A stretch of DNA of 64,000 bases from an uncultured Erysipelotrichaceae bacterium (GCA_902773675.1 CACYFN010000003.1:3209-67208), one strand, 5' to 3'. Counted from the first letter of the stretch, positions 18,504-28,416 are shown. Notes: a model not told the origin generated them from the letters alone. Translations and numbers: made by a program.

Positions 18504-19850
18504 ATGGATATAAAAACAAAAGCAAAATTATTCGCAATTAAAGCACATGATGGACAAAGAAGAAAAAGTGATAAAGAAAAACCAATGATAATTCATCCTA
18601 TAAATGTAGCTAATATATTAGAAGAATATAAGCTTGATGATAATGTTATTGCAGCCGGATATCTTCATGATGTAGTAGAAGATACAAAATATGAATTAAA
18701 AGATATAGAAGAAAATTTCAATGAAGATATAATGTCATTAGTAGAAGGTGCTAGTGAACCAGATAAAAGCCTTTCCTGGGAAGAAAGAAAGAAGCACACC
18801 ATAGATACAACTAAAAACTTAGATCTACGTCATAAAGCCATAATATGCGCAGATAAAATAAGCAACTTAGAAGATTTAAGAATATTAATAGAAACAACAG
18901 ACAATTTTGTTTTTTCATCATTTAAAAGAGGATTTGAATCTCAAAAATGGTATTATACAGAAGTATATAATAGCCTAATTTATAATGAAGATGAAAGCAA
19001 TGAAATGTTTATTAGATTAAAAAAACTAATAGATCATATCTTTTATAATCAAAAAGATAATTACATCCAAGATATAATATTTAAAGATAATATTGAAGAG
19101 TTAAATAAACTTAATAAACTACATTATCAAAAAGAAGAATTATATAAATTAAAATGCTTATTAGAAACAGTTCCATATGTAATAGAATTTACAGGTACTC
19201 CTAGAACTGGTAAAACAACATTAATAAACAATTTATATGATTTTTTTAAGAAAAAGGGGTTTATTGTAGAAGTATTAGAAGAATTTACAACATCAAAAAA
19301 ATATAAACAAGAAATATATCCAACATTAAAAGATAAATATAAAAATGTAGTAAATACAGAAATACCAAAATATGTATTAAAACAATTAGAAGAATCAATT
19401 TCTAATAAACCAGATATAATTATAATAGATAGATCGTTATTTGATAGATTAATATGGGTAGATAGATTACATTTAAAAGATGGTATGAGTAAAGAAGAAT
19501 ATGAAGAATATAAAAAATTATATATTCCATTAATAAAAGATAAAATAGATATAATAATTGCTACATATACTGATGCTTTAACATCTCTTAAAAGAGATTA
19601 TTTTGCTCATTTATCACTTGAAAAAAGAAGTTTTCTAAATGAAACAAATGTTAACGAATATAATCATTCATTACTAAATATGCAAGAATTAACTAAATCA
19701 GAAGAAATAAATCTATATTTATTTGATACAACAAATATAAATCAAAGAGAATTATCATTTGAAGTAGCAGAAACTATACTAAAAGATATGAAGAAAAAAT
19801 ATATTAAAAGAATAAATGATAATAAAGAATTAATTAAAAAACAAGACTAG
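18504..19850 (+). CDS. Two-domain protein: N-terminal HD-domain (p)ppGpp-hydrolase-like, C-terminal P-loop nucleoside/nucleotide-kinase-like
   Basis: The N-terminus AHDGQRRKSDKEKPMIIHPINVANILEEY...AAGYLHDVVEDT is the RelA/SpoT/SAH-type HD motif. The C-terminus has Walker A GTPRTGKTTL and a DRS-like IIIDRSLFDRL segment as in dNK/TMPK-family kinases. Confidence 0.6.
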   Translation: MDIKTKAKLFAIKAHDGQRRKSDKEKPMIIHPINVANILEEYKLDDNVIAAGYLHDVVEDTKYELKDIEENFNEDIMSLVEGASEPDKSLSWEERKKHTIDTTKNLDLRHKAIICADKISNLEDLRILIETTDNFVFSSFKRGFESQKWYYTEVYNSLIYNEDESNEMFIRLKKLIDHIFYNQKDNYIQDIIFKDNIEELNKLNKLHYQKEELYKLKCLLETVPYVIEFTGTPRTGKTTLINNLYDFFKKKGFIVEVLEEFTTSKKYKQEIYPTLKDKYKNVVNTEIPKYVLKQLEESISNKPDIIIIDRSLFDRLIWVDRLHLKDGMSKEEYEEYKKLYIPLIKDKIDIIIATYTDALTSLKRDYFAHLSLEKRSFLNETNVNEYNHSLLNMQELTKSEEINLYLFDTTNINQRELSFEVAETILKDMKKKYIKRINDNKELIKKQD

Positions 19851-19919
19851 CATAACTAGTTTTTTCTTTACTTAAAAACAAAAATTATGATATACTATTA
19901 TTGTTTCGTAGGAGGGTAT

Positions 19920-22091
19920 ATGAGTACAGAAATAATAGAAGAAATAAGTAAAAATTTAAATGTAGAAATAAAACAAGTTGAAAGCGTATTAAAATTACTA
20001 GAAGAAGGAAATACAATTCCATTTATAGCTAGATACAGAAAAGAAGCAACAGGTAATCTAAATGAAGAACAAATAAAAGTAATCGAAGAAAACTATACAT
20101 ATCAAGTAAATCTATTAAAAAGAAAAGAAGATGTAATAAGATTAATAGATGAAAAAGGTATGCTTACCGATGAATTAAAGGAAGAAATAATGGCTTGTAC
20201 TAAACTAGTAGAAGTAGAAGATTTATATAGACCATATAAAGAAAAGAAAAAAACAAAAGCAACCGAAGCCATTAAAAATGGATTAGAACCACTTGCTAAA
20301 TACATAATGACATTCCCAGTAAAAGGAAATATCGAAGAAGAAGCCAAAAAATATCTAAATGATAAAGTTCTAACACCACAGGATGCAATTCAGGGTGCTA
20401 GCTATATAATAGCTGAAAATATCAGTGATAATGCTAAATATAGAAAAGCAATTAGAGATAATACTTATAAATTTGGAACACTAATTACAAAATTAAAAAA
20501 GAATGCTCAAGATGAAGATAAAATATATGATATGTATTATGATTATCAAGAACAAGTAAGAAAAGTTAAACCACATCGAATACTTGCTATTAATAGAGGA
20601 GAAAAAGAAGGAATACTTTCAGTATCAATCGAAAATGATACTGATAGAACAATAGAATTTCTAAATAAAAGAGAAATTAAAAATGAAAAATCTATCGTAG
20701 TAGATATTGTAAAAGAAGCCATAAAAGATGCATATAAAAGATTAATACAACCTAGTATCGAAAGAGAAATAAGAAGTGATTTAACCGAAATAGCTGAAGT
20801 ATCAGCTATAGATAACTTTGGTAAAAACCTAGAAAACTTATTATTACAACCACCAATGAAAGAAAAAATAGTTCTTGCTTTTGATCCAGGATATATAAAT
20901 GGTTGTAAATTAGCAGTAATAGATAAAACAGGTAAATATCTAGATTCAACAGTAATAAAACCATTTCTTAATGGATCTAATAAAGATAAATTCATAGAAC
21001 AAAGTAAAACTATAGTAAAAAACTTAATAGATAAATATAACGTCGATATAATAGCTATAGGTAATGGTACCGCATCGCGTGAATCAGAAAAATTCTGTTA
21101 TGAATTAATACATGAATATAAACTAAATTGTAAATATGTAATAGTATCAGAAGCCGGAGCATCTATCTATAGTGCATCAAAAATAGCTATTGAAGAATTT
21201 CCAGATTTAGCAGTAGAAAAAAGAAGTGCTGTATCGATTGGAAGAAGACTTCAAGATCCACTTTCAGAACTAGTTAAAATTCCCCCAGAAGGAATAGGAG
21301 TAGGATTATATCAACACGATGTAAGTACCAAAAAACTATCAGAATCCCTAGACTTTGTCGTATCAAAAGTTGTAAACAGTGTAGGAGTTAATATCAATAC
21401 AGCATCTCCTTCATTATTAAAATATGTATCAGGAATAAAAAAGAATAACATCGATAAAATAATTGAATATCGTAATAAAGAAGGAAGAATTAATTCTAGA
21501 GAAGAAATCAAAAAGAAAAAATTATTAAGCGATAAAACATATGAGCAAGCAATAGGTTTCCTAAGAATTACTGAAGGAACAAATATCTTAGATGAAACAG
21601 CAATTCACCCAGAAAGTTATGAAGTAGCCACTAACTTATTAAAAAAATTAAATTGTACATTAAAAGATGTAGGAACAAATAATTTAATAAGTAAATTAGA
21701 TAATATTAATGTAGAAGAATTATCAAAAGAACTAAATACAGATATCTATACATTAGAAGATGTAATAGCCTCCTTAAAGAAACCAAATAGAGATCCAAGG
21801 GACGAAATGCCACAACCACTACTAAAAAGTGATGTACTTGATATCAATGACTTAAAAGTAGGAATGAAATTACAAGGAACAGTTAGAAATGTAGTTGACT
21901 TTGGAGCATTTATCGATATTGGACTTCATGAAGATGGCTTAGTACACATATCAAAAATAACTGATAAGTATATTAAACATCCTAGTGATGTATTAAGTGT
22001 CGGTGACATAGTAGACTGTTATGTAGATGAAATAAAATTAGACAAAAAAAAGGTCTCATTATCATTGATAGACCCATTAAAAACTAAATAA
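19920..22091 (+). CDS. tex: Transcription accessory protein Tex (YqgF/HhH/S1 domains)
   Basis: N-terminal IARYRKEATGNLNEEQI, and a C-terminal S1 domain (GMKLQGTVRNVVDFGAFIDIG). Promoter TTTACT-18-(TG)aTATACT upstream. ATG at 19920 after GGAGGG. Confidence 0.9.
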   Translation: MSTEIIEEISKNLNVEIKQVESVLKLLEEGNTIPFIARYRKEATGNLNEEQIKVIEENYTYQVNLLKRKEDVIRLIDEKGMLTDELKEEIMACTKLVEVEDLYRPYKEKKKTKATEAIKNGLEPLAKYIMTFPVKGNIEEEAKKYLNDKVLTPQDAIQGASYIIAENISDNAKYRKAIRDNTYKFGTLITKLKKNAQDEDKIYDMYYDYQEQVRKVKPHRILAINRGEKEGILSVSIENDTDRTIEFLNKREIKNEKSIVVDIVKEAIKDAYKRLIQPSIEREIRSDLTEIAEVSAIDNFGKNLENLLLQPPMKEKIVLAFDPGYINGCKLAVIDKTGKYLDSTVIKPFLNGSNKDKFIEQSKTIVKNLIDKYNVDIIAIGNGTASRESEKFCYELIHEYKLNCKYVIVSEAGASIYSASKIAIEEFPDLAVEKRSAVSIGRRLQDPLSELVKIPPEGIGVGLYQHDVSTKKLSESLDFVVSKVVNSVGVNINTASPSLLKYVSGIKKNNIDKIIEYRNKEGRINSREEIKKKKLLSDKTYEQAIGFLRITEGTNILDETAIHPESYEVATNLLKKLNCTLKDVGTNNLISKLDNINVEELSKELNTDIYTLEDVIASLKKPNRDPRDEMPQPLLKSDVLDINDLKVGMKLQGTVRNVVDFGAFIDIGLHEDGLVHISKITDKYIKHPSDVLSVGDIVDCYVDEIKLDKKKVSLSLIDPLKTK

Positions 22092-22161
22092 TAAAAAAAA
22101 GAAACCGCCCCCTGAGCAGTTTCTATAAAAGAATAAAAAGGGGTTGGCTAGTGTGATACTA

Positions 22162-22192
22162 GCACCAATTCGGTTTTCCGAACTGGTGCTTT
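22162..22192 (+). terminator. Putative terminator hairpin downstream of tex
   Basis: GCACCAATTCGG-tttt-CCGAACTGGTGC (one mismatch) followed by TTT. It is preceded by a second small hairpin GCTAGT-gtgat-ACTAGC. The T-tract is short. Confidence 0.4.
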
Positions 22193-22299
22193 ATATACTA
22201 AATCAAAAAAGGTATTTTGTCAAGCACTTTTTTGATTTTTTTTGAATTTTATAAAAATAATTAAATTTTTGAATATATTATTACTAAGTAAGGAGGATT

Positions 22300-22627
22300 A
22301 TGAAAAAATATTTAATAATAATTATTATTTTCTTAGTAGGATGTAGTAAAAAAAAAAAAAGAAATATTAGTATGCAATAATCAAGATACAGAAATAACCT
22401 TTAATTTTGAAAATAACAAATCCATAAACTATCAAAAAGTAACTCATATTAAACTAAATAATAATCAAGAAGCCATGAATTATAAAAATGATGATTATGA
22501 TAAACTAGAAGTAGTAGATAATATAGTAAATATGTATATAGATGAAAAAATAGATGATATGAATATTGAAGAAGTAAAATCATTATATGAAAAATCTGGA
22601 TATAACTGCAAAAAAAAATCACCATAG
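22300..22627 (+). pseudogene. Lipoprotein gene interrupted by a frameshift at an A13 homopolymer (phase-variation candidate)
   Basis: AAGGAGG RBS, then ATG and MKKYLIIIIIFLVGC (lipobox LVGC). The A13 run (22348-22360) gives a stop after 26 codons. The frame one base further along is open from 22361 to the TAG at 22625-22627 and encodes about 88 more residues. Confidence 0.55.
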
Positions 22628-22630
22628 TGA

Positions 22631-22864
22631 TTAATTATCTGAAAATAAATCATTAATACTTATATTTAGAGCCTTACAAATATTAAGCATAGTAGATAAA
22701 GTAACATTTTTATATTCTTTACACGATTCAATTTGTTTAATATAAGAAATACTAAAATTAGCCTTTTCCGCAAGCTGTTCCTGAGTTAAATTTAACTTAT
22801 TTCTATAATATTTAACATTATTACTAAATATATTATAATTATTCAAAATATCATTATTCTTCAT
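22631..22864 (-). CDS. XRE-family HTH transcriptional regulator
   Basis: LTQEQLAEKANFSISYIKQIE HTH. It is divergent from a second HTH gene. Confidence 0.7.
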   Translation of the reverse strand: MKNNDILNNYNIFSNNVKYYRNKLNLTQEQLAEKANFSISYIKQIESCKEYKNVTLSTMLNICKALNISINDLFSDN

Positions 22865-22963
22865 AGTACCACCTACTTGAGATTATTTTCTCATATTTTT
22901 TTTATTAAATCAGTACACTATCAGTGAACTATATGATATAATATCTAAAGAAAGAAGGATATT

Positions 22964-23173
22964 ATGCATAACAAATTAAAAGAAATAAGATTAAAAAATC
23001 ATTATACTCAAAAATATATGGCTGAAAAACTAAAAATAAGTAAACCATTCTATTCATTCCTAGAAAATGATAAAAGAATCCTAACATATGATATGGCTAT
23101 CAAAATAGCTAAAATATTTAATACAAAACCAGATAGATTATTTTATGAAGAACATGTAAATAGAGTTGATTAA
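22964..23173 (+). CDS. XRE-family HTH transcriptional regulator (Cro/CI-like small protein)
   Basis: YTQKYMAEKLKISKPFYSFLEN HTH. Divergently arranged with 22631..22864 across a 100-bp intergenic region. Confidence 0.65.
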   Translation: MHNKLKEIRLKNHYTQKYMAEKLKISKPFYSFLENDKRILTYDMAIKIAKIFNTKPDRLFYEEHVNRVD

Positions 23174-23216
23174 TTATTAAAAAAAGTGTATAATTTTTAT
23201 AGTCGTAGGAGGAATT

Positions 23217-23840
23217 ATGAAAAGTATACAAAATTTTAAAATAACAAATTTACTATTATCATTAGTAATATTTATAATTGGTTTAATATTAATGACTAAT
23301 TCATCATTTATTATTGATATACTAGCTTATATTATTGGAGGTTTCCTAGGATTAATTGGTATCATAGAAATAATATCATCATTAATACATAAAAATGATA
23401 ATTCAAGTACATTAAAAATTATATTTGGAATACTTTTGATATCAGGAGGAGCTTTAGTTGCAATATTCCCTAATGTAGTAGATTTTACAATAAGAATAAT
23501 CTTTGGAGGATGGATACTATTTATTGGAGTAAGTAGATTAATAATTGCTCTAACAATAAAAAAAGTTGACCAAGTAGGATTTAAAACATTCCTAATAACA
23601 TCTATTATAATGGTTATATCAGGAGTAGTTATATTAATAAGTTTCTATGAATTATTAGGATTATTATTAGCTATCTATGCAATATCAGAAATAGTTAATT
23701 ATATTTACTTTAATCTTAATAAGAAAAAATATAGTACAGTATTTGACTTTGAAGAAAATATAACTCCAACTAAAAATAAAAAAATAATAAAAAAAGAAAT
23801 AAAAGAAAAAGAAGCTATTGACGCCGTTATTGACGAATAG
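23217..23840 (+). CDS. DUF308/HdeD-like repeat membrane protein
   Basis: Internally repeated hydrophobic segments (IGLILM...IIGGFLGLIGIIEII...IFGILLISGGALVAIFP...) typical of the DUF308 family. Confidence 0.5.
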   Translation: MKSIQNFKITNLLLSLVIFIIGLILMTNSSFIIDILAYIIGGFLGLIGIIEIISSLIHKNDNSSTLKIIFGILLISGGALVAIFPNVVDFTIRIIFGGWILFIGVSRLIIALTIKKVDQVGFKTFLITSIIMVISGVVILISFYELLGLLLAIYAISEIVNYIYFNLNKKKYSTVFDFEENITPTKNKKIIKKEIKEKEAIDAVIDE

Positions 23841-25788
23841 CTTCTTCTTTTTCATTTATAGTAGGAATTAAATTATCTAATCCTTCATCATTATAAGTAG
23901 GCTGAGTACCCTTAAGATAATAAAACATTACAGATTTTTCATCATTAGATACCTCACCACTAATAGGATTAACCATTACCCCAACCACATTATCAGGCAT
24001 TTTATACCACTTAACATCCTTATCCTTCAAATATTCATTAACACTATTACTCCACATCTTTTTAATCTGTTTACCCACATCACTACCAGTATCACTATTA
24101 TCATCATATCCAGCCCATATACTCATAACAATATTACCATTATATCCAACAACCAAATTATCCGTATCCGTAGAACCAGTCTTAATAGAAAAAGTATTAT
24201 TTAATTTACCAGTTAAATCATAACAAGTAGGATAAATATAATCAACAAAACGATAATCATAAGTACTAGTCAGTAATTGATTAATAATATAAACCAAACT
24301 AGAATTTAAAACTTGTTCCTCATCATCTTTATATTCATATAAAATATTATTATTCATATCAGTAATCCTATTAATTAAATGTCCTTTAACTTTATATCCC
24401 AAATTAGCAAGTGCACTATAAGCAGAAGTAAGCTCAATAATATTAATCTCTTCACTACCCAAAGCCAGAGATGGAATAGCACTTAATTTAGAAGTAATAC
24501 CAACTCTTTTTAAAATATTAACCAGAGTATCTTCTCCTAAAAACAAATGTGTCTTAATCGCATAAATATTATCCGAATAAGCAATAGCAGCTGCCATAGA
24601 TATCTTTTTATTTGCGTATTTATCATTAAAATTAGAAGGACTATAAGTTTGATCATTTGAAAAAACAAAAGTAGTAACTTCACTAGTAAAAGTAGAAGAA
24701 GCAGTAAAACCATTCTCTAAAGCAGAATAATAAAGAAATGGTTTTAAAGTAGATCCTACTTGTCTTTTAGAACTAGTAGCCCTATTAAATTGACTCTTAT
24801 TATAATCAACACCACCAGTTAAAGCAATAATACCTCCATCATTAGGATTCATCATCACACTAGCAATCTCTAAATTATCAATATTAATATTATCCTTCAT
24901 ACTTTTTTCCAATATATTTTGGGCATTAATATCCAAATTAGTATAAATTTTTAAACCACCGGTTTCCAAAAAAGAAGTAGGAATAGAATTAATACCATCA
25001 AGTTCCTTCATAACTGCATCTTTATAATATAACAAAGTATTAAGCTCATACTTAGAACTATGACCATAATAAGTTAACTCCTCATTTAAAGCATTATTCA
25101 TTTCACTATCACTAATATAACCATTAATAACCATTGATTTCAAAACTAATTTCTGCCTTTCTTTAGCCTTATCTTCATTAGTTAAAGGAGAATAATTACT
25201 AGGAGACTTAGGAATTCCTGCCAATATACTAGCTTCTCCTAAAGTTAACTCACTAGAATTCTTATTAAAATAATAATGGCTTGCATTCTCAATACCATAC
25301 ACACCACCATAATTAATAGTATTTAAATATCCTTCCAAAATTTCATCCTTATCATATTGAGATTCCAGTCTTACAGTAAGCCATGCTTCCTTAATTTTCC
25401 TCTCCCAGGTTTTATCAAAATTCAAAAATAAATTTTTAACTAATTGCTGGGAAATAGTAGAAGCCCCTTGCAAATTCTTTTTATTAGTAATATTAACATA
25501 CATAGACTTAATAATTCTAAAAAAATCAAAACCCTTATGCTTATAAAAATTCTTATCCTCAATCGATATAGTTGCATTAATCAAATAAGGAGAAATATTA
25601 TCTAATTTAACCCATTCATTAGATCCATCAAATAGCTCACCATTATTATCATAAATATAATATCCACTCGCACTATTAATATCAAGTTTATTAGTAGTAG
25701 ATGCATAAAAATATAAACCATAATATAAAATAATAAAAAGAGTAATAAAAAAACCACTAATTTTAATAATTTTTTTAATAATTTTCAT
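23827..25788 (-). CDS. Class A penicillin-binding protein (bifunctional glycosyltransferase/transpeptidase, PBP1A-like)
   Basis: N-terminal TM, the GT51 motifs EDKNFYKHKGFD and GASTISQQLVKN, and the transpeptidase SxxK (GSTLKPF). Confidence 0.85.
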   Translation of the reverse strand: MKIIKKIIKISGFFITLFIILYYGLYFYASTTNKLDINSASGYYIYDNNGELFDGSNEWVKLDNISPYLINATISIEDKNFYKHKGFDFFRIIKSMYVNITNKKNLQGASTISQQLVKNLFLNFDKTWERKIKEAWLTVRLESQYDKDEILEGYLNTINYGGVYGIENASHYYFNKNSSELTLGEASILAGIPKSPSNYSPLTNEDKAKERQKLVLKSMVINGYISDSEMNNALNEELTYYGHSSKYELNTLLYYKDAVMKELDGINSIPTSFLETGGLKIYTNLDINAQNILEKSMKDNINIDNLEIASVMMNPNDGGIIALTGGVDYNKSQFNRATSSKRQVGSTLKPFLYYSALENGFTASSTFTSEVTTFVFSNDQTYSPSNFNDKYANKKISMAAAIAYSDNIYAIKTHLFLGEDTLVNILKRVGITSKLSAIPSLALGSEEINIIELTSAYSALANLGYKVKGHLINRITDMNNNILYEYKDDEEQVLNSSLVYIINQLLTSTYDYRFVDYIYPTCYDLTGKLNNTFSIKTGSTDTDNLVVGYNGNIVMSIWAGYDDNSDTGSDVGKQIKKMWSNSVNEYLKDKDVKWYKMPDNVVGVMVNPISGEVSNDEKSVMFYYLKGTQPTYNDEGLDNLIPTINEKEEAIRQ

Positions 25789-25837
25789 ATAATCACCATA
25801 TCTAAAATTAGTATTACAAAAAAATATTAAATTATGA

Positions 25838-26230
25838 GTGCAAATTTATAAAAAGTATGCTATAATGTTCTGGATGTGTATGGGAAAGACTAAATTCAAA
25901 GCAAAAATTGATTCTCAAGATGAAAAATCTATTATTTATGGTAATTGCATTTTTAATAATAATAAAATTACCTATAAAGAAAAAGATATAAAAGTAACAA
26001 TTTTAATATCTGATAATATAATAGAAATGATTAGAGAATGCAATGATTATAAAATTCATTTAATATTTCAAAAAGACTCAGTTACACAATCTACATATCA
26101 ATTATTTGGAGGAAACAAAATATTTAATTTAGAAACAAAAACTGAAGTATTAGATATAGGTGATAAAAAAATTCAAATTGATTATATATTAGAAGATAAT
26201 AAATTTTCTTATATATTAGAAATGGAGTAA
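25838..26230 (+). CDS. DUF1934 (YwiB-like) beta-barrel protein
   Basis: Small protein immediately upstream of argS, which is the conserved ywiB-argS arrangement in Firmicutes. The start may be an internal ATG (25868 or 25883). Confidence 0.5.
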   Translation: MQIYKKYAIMFWMCMGKTKFKAKIDSQDEKSIIYGNCIFNNNKITYKEKDIKVTILISDNIIEMIRECNDYKIHLIFQKDSVTQSTYQLFGGNKIFNLETKTEVLDIGDKKIQIDYILEDNKFSYILEME

Positions 26231-26232
26231 AT

Positions 26233-27930
26233 ATGATACTAGATATATTAAGTAAAATAATTACTAATGTTGCTAATGAATTAGGTTATAAAGAAAACCT
26301 AAGAATAAAAAAATCTAATCGTCCTGATCTATGTGATTATCAATGTGACGAAGTATTTAAATTAACAAAAATTTATCATAAATCTCCTAAAGAAATAGGA
26401 GAAGAAATTGTTAATAAAATTAATAAATTAGAAAACTTTCCAAATTATTTTGATAAAGTAGAATTTTGTAACCCAGGATTTATTAATATAACAATTAGTA
26501 ATACATTCATTAATGAAAATTTAAAACAAATGGGTATAAAAGAAAAATTTAATATAAAAAAGCCAGACATTATAAATACATATGTAATTGATTATGGTGG
26601 ACCTAATATAGCAAAGCCATTACATGTAGGACATATGAGACCAGCTATAGTTGGAGAATCAATTAAAAGAATAATTGATTATGCTGGACACAAAACAATA
26701 TCAGATGTTCATTTAGGAGATATAGGACTTCCTATCGGTGAAGTTATTTATGCTTGCTTAAGAGATGGAAAAAGTGTAGAAGATATTGATTTACCATATT
26801 TAAACAAAGTATATCCAGAGATGAGTAAATTAATAAAAGAAGATAAAGTAGTTAAAGAAGAATGTGAAACCATTATTAAGATGGTTCAAGATAAAGAAAA
26901 ATATTTAGACTACTGGCAAAAAATATGTGAAGTATCAAAAAAAGATATCAAAAGATTATATAAATATTTAGATGTATCATTTGATTATTGGTTATCAGAA
27001 TCAGATGCATATGATTATATTCCAAAAGTAAAAGATTTCTTAATTCAAAAAGACTTATTAAAAGATAGCGAAGGAGCTAAAGTAGTATTCGTTAACAAAG
27101 AAGATGATAAAATAAATTATCCTCCTTTAATCTTCCAGAAAAGCAATGGAGGCTTTCTTTATGAAAGTTCTGATTTAGGAACAATTTATCAAAGGATGGA
27201 AGATTTTAACCCTGATTATATTTTATATGTTACAGATCAAAGACAAGCAATGCACTTTGAAAAAATATTTAGAGTATGTGAATTATCAGGATTAACAAAA
27301 GATACAAAATTAGTTCATCTTCCACATGGAACCATTAATGGTATAGATGGAACCCCTTATAAAACTAGACAAGGAGATACTCCTAAATTAGATGAACTAT
27401 TTAATGATGTAAAAGAAATATTTATATCCAAAAAAGAAGAAAATAAGAATATGTCTGAAGAAGATATAAATATAATAGTAAATTCAATTCTTAAATTTGC
27501 AGATTTACAAAATAGTCGTGATAGAGATTATATCTTTGATATTAATAAATTTAGTGACACCCAAGGTAAAACAGGCCCATATATTTTATATAGTTACCTA
27601 AGAATGAAAAAAATTATTGAAAAATATGATTCAAATATTAATAATTTAAGTAATAAAGTATACAATATATATGACAGAAATTTAAGAATGAATATTCTTA
27701 ATTTAGATGAATGTATTTCATTAGCTTTAAAAGAATATAAACCAAATTATATAGCAGAATATATTTATGAATTATGTGTTTCAATGAATGCATTTTATCA
27801 GAATAATCATATTGCTAATCTAGAAGATGATTTAAAATTAAATGATTGGATTAGTATCATAAAACTTGCGAATAGTATAATAAGAGAAATGTTAAATTTA
27901 CTTATTATAGAAATACCAAGTAAAATGTAG
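26233..27930 (+). CDS. argS: Arginine--tRNA ligase
   Basis: HIGH motif PLHVGHMRPAIVGESIKR. Its length (565 aa) and C-terminal anticodon-binding domain fit the class I ArgRS pattern. Confidence 0.9.
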   Translation: MILDILSKIITNVANELGYKENLRIKKSNRPDLCDYQCDEVFKLTKIYHKSPKEIGEEIVNKINKLENFPNYFDKVEFCNPGFINITISNTFINENLKQMGIKEKFNIKKPDIINTYVIDYGGPNIAKPLHVGHMRPAIVGESIKRIIDYAGHKTISDVHLGDIGLPIGEVIYACLRDGKSVEDIDLPYLNKVYPEMSKLIKEDKVVKEECETIIKMVQDKEKYLDYWQKICEVSKKDIKRLYKYLDVSFDYWLSESDAYDYIPKVKDFLIQKDLLKDSEGAKVVFVNKEDDKINYPPLIFQKSNGGFLYESSDLGTIYQRMEDFNPDYILYVTDQRQAMHFEKIFRVCELSGLTKDTKLVHLPHGTINGIDGTPYKTRQGDTPKLDELFNDVKEIFISKKEENKNMSEEDINIIVNSILKFADLQNSRDRDYIFDINKFSDTQGKTGPYILYSYLRMKKIIEKYDSNINNLSNKVYNIYDRNLRMNILNLDECISLALKEYKPNYIAEYIYELCVSMNAFYQNNHIANLEDDLKLNDWISIIKLANSIIREMLNLLIIEIPSKM

Positions 27931-27940
27931 GAGGAAAATT

Positions 27941-28390
27941 ATGAATTTAAAAGACATGAAAAAAGAAGAATTAGAATTATTATCATATACTGACTTAACA
28001 GAAATGATTTTAAAAGAATCAAAAAAATCAATGAATACACCAAAAATATTTAAAAAAATCTGTGAATTATTAGAATTAAGTGATGAAGAATATCAAAATA
28101 AAATAGGAGATTATTATACATCACTTACAACAGATAAAAGATTTATCCATTTAGATAATGCAGATTGGGATTTAAAAGATCGTCATAAAGTAGAAATAAT
28201 TGATTATGAAGAAGATGAAGACGAAGAAGAAGACATCGAAGAAGAAGATGAAGATGAAGTAGAAGAAGAAACTTCTGAAGACGAAGAATTAGATATTGAT
28301 AACGATGTTATTGATGATGAATCACTAGATACGGATGATGATTTAGAAGATTTGTCTATAATAGATGAAGAAGAAATAGATGCACAATAA
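27941..28390 (+). CDS. rpoE: DNA-directed RNA polymerase delta subunit
   Basis: N-terminal HARE-HTH-like domain (ELELLSYTDLTEMILKE...KRFIHLDNADWDLKDRH) followed by a long D/E-rich acidic tail. Confidence 0.7.
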   Translation: MNLKDMKKEELELLSYTDLTEMILKESKKSMNTPKIFKKICELLELSDEEYQNKIGDYYTSLTTDKRFIHLDNADWDLKDRHKVEIIDYEEDEDEEEDIEEEDEDEVEEETSEDEELDIDNDVIDDESLDTDDDLEDLSIIDEEEIDAQ

Positions 28391-28416
28391 TACCTTATAG
28401 GTATTATTTTTCCATT
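28391..28416 (+). terminator. Rho-independent terminator after rpoE
   Basis: AATACCTA-TAGGTATT hairpin followed by ATTTTTCC. Confidence 0.5.

Noticed and set aside
22093-22130. Possible hairpin (AGAAAC…GTTTCT) immediately after the tex stop
   Set aside because: Only 6 bp of continuous pairing and no clean U-tract. The stronger hairpin at 22162-22192 was reported instead.
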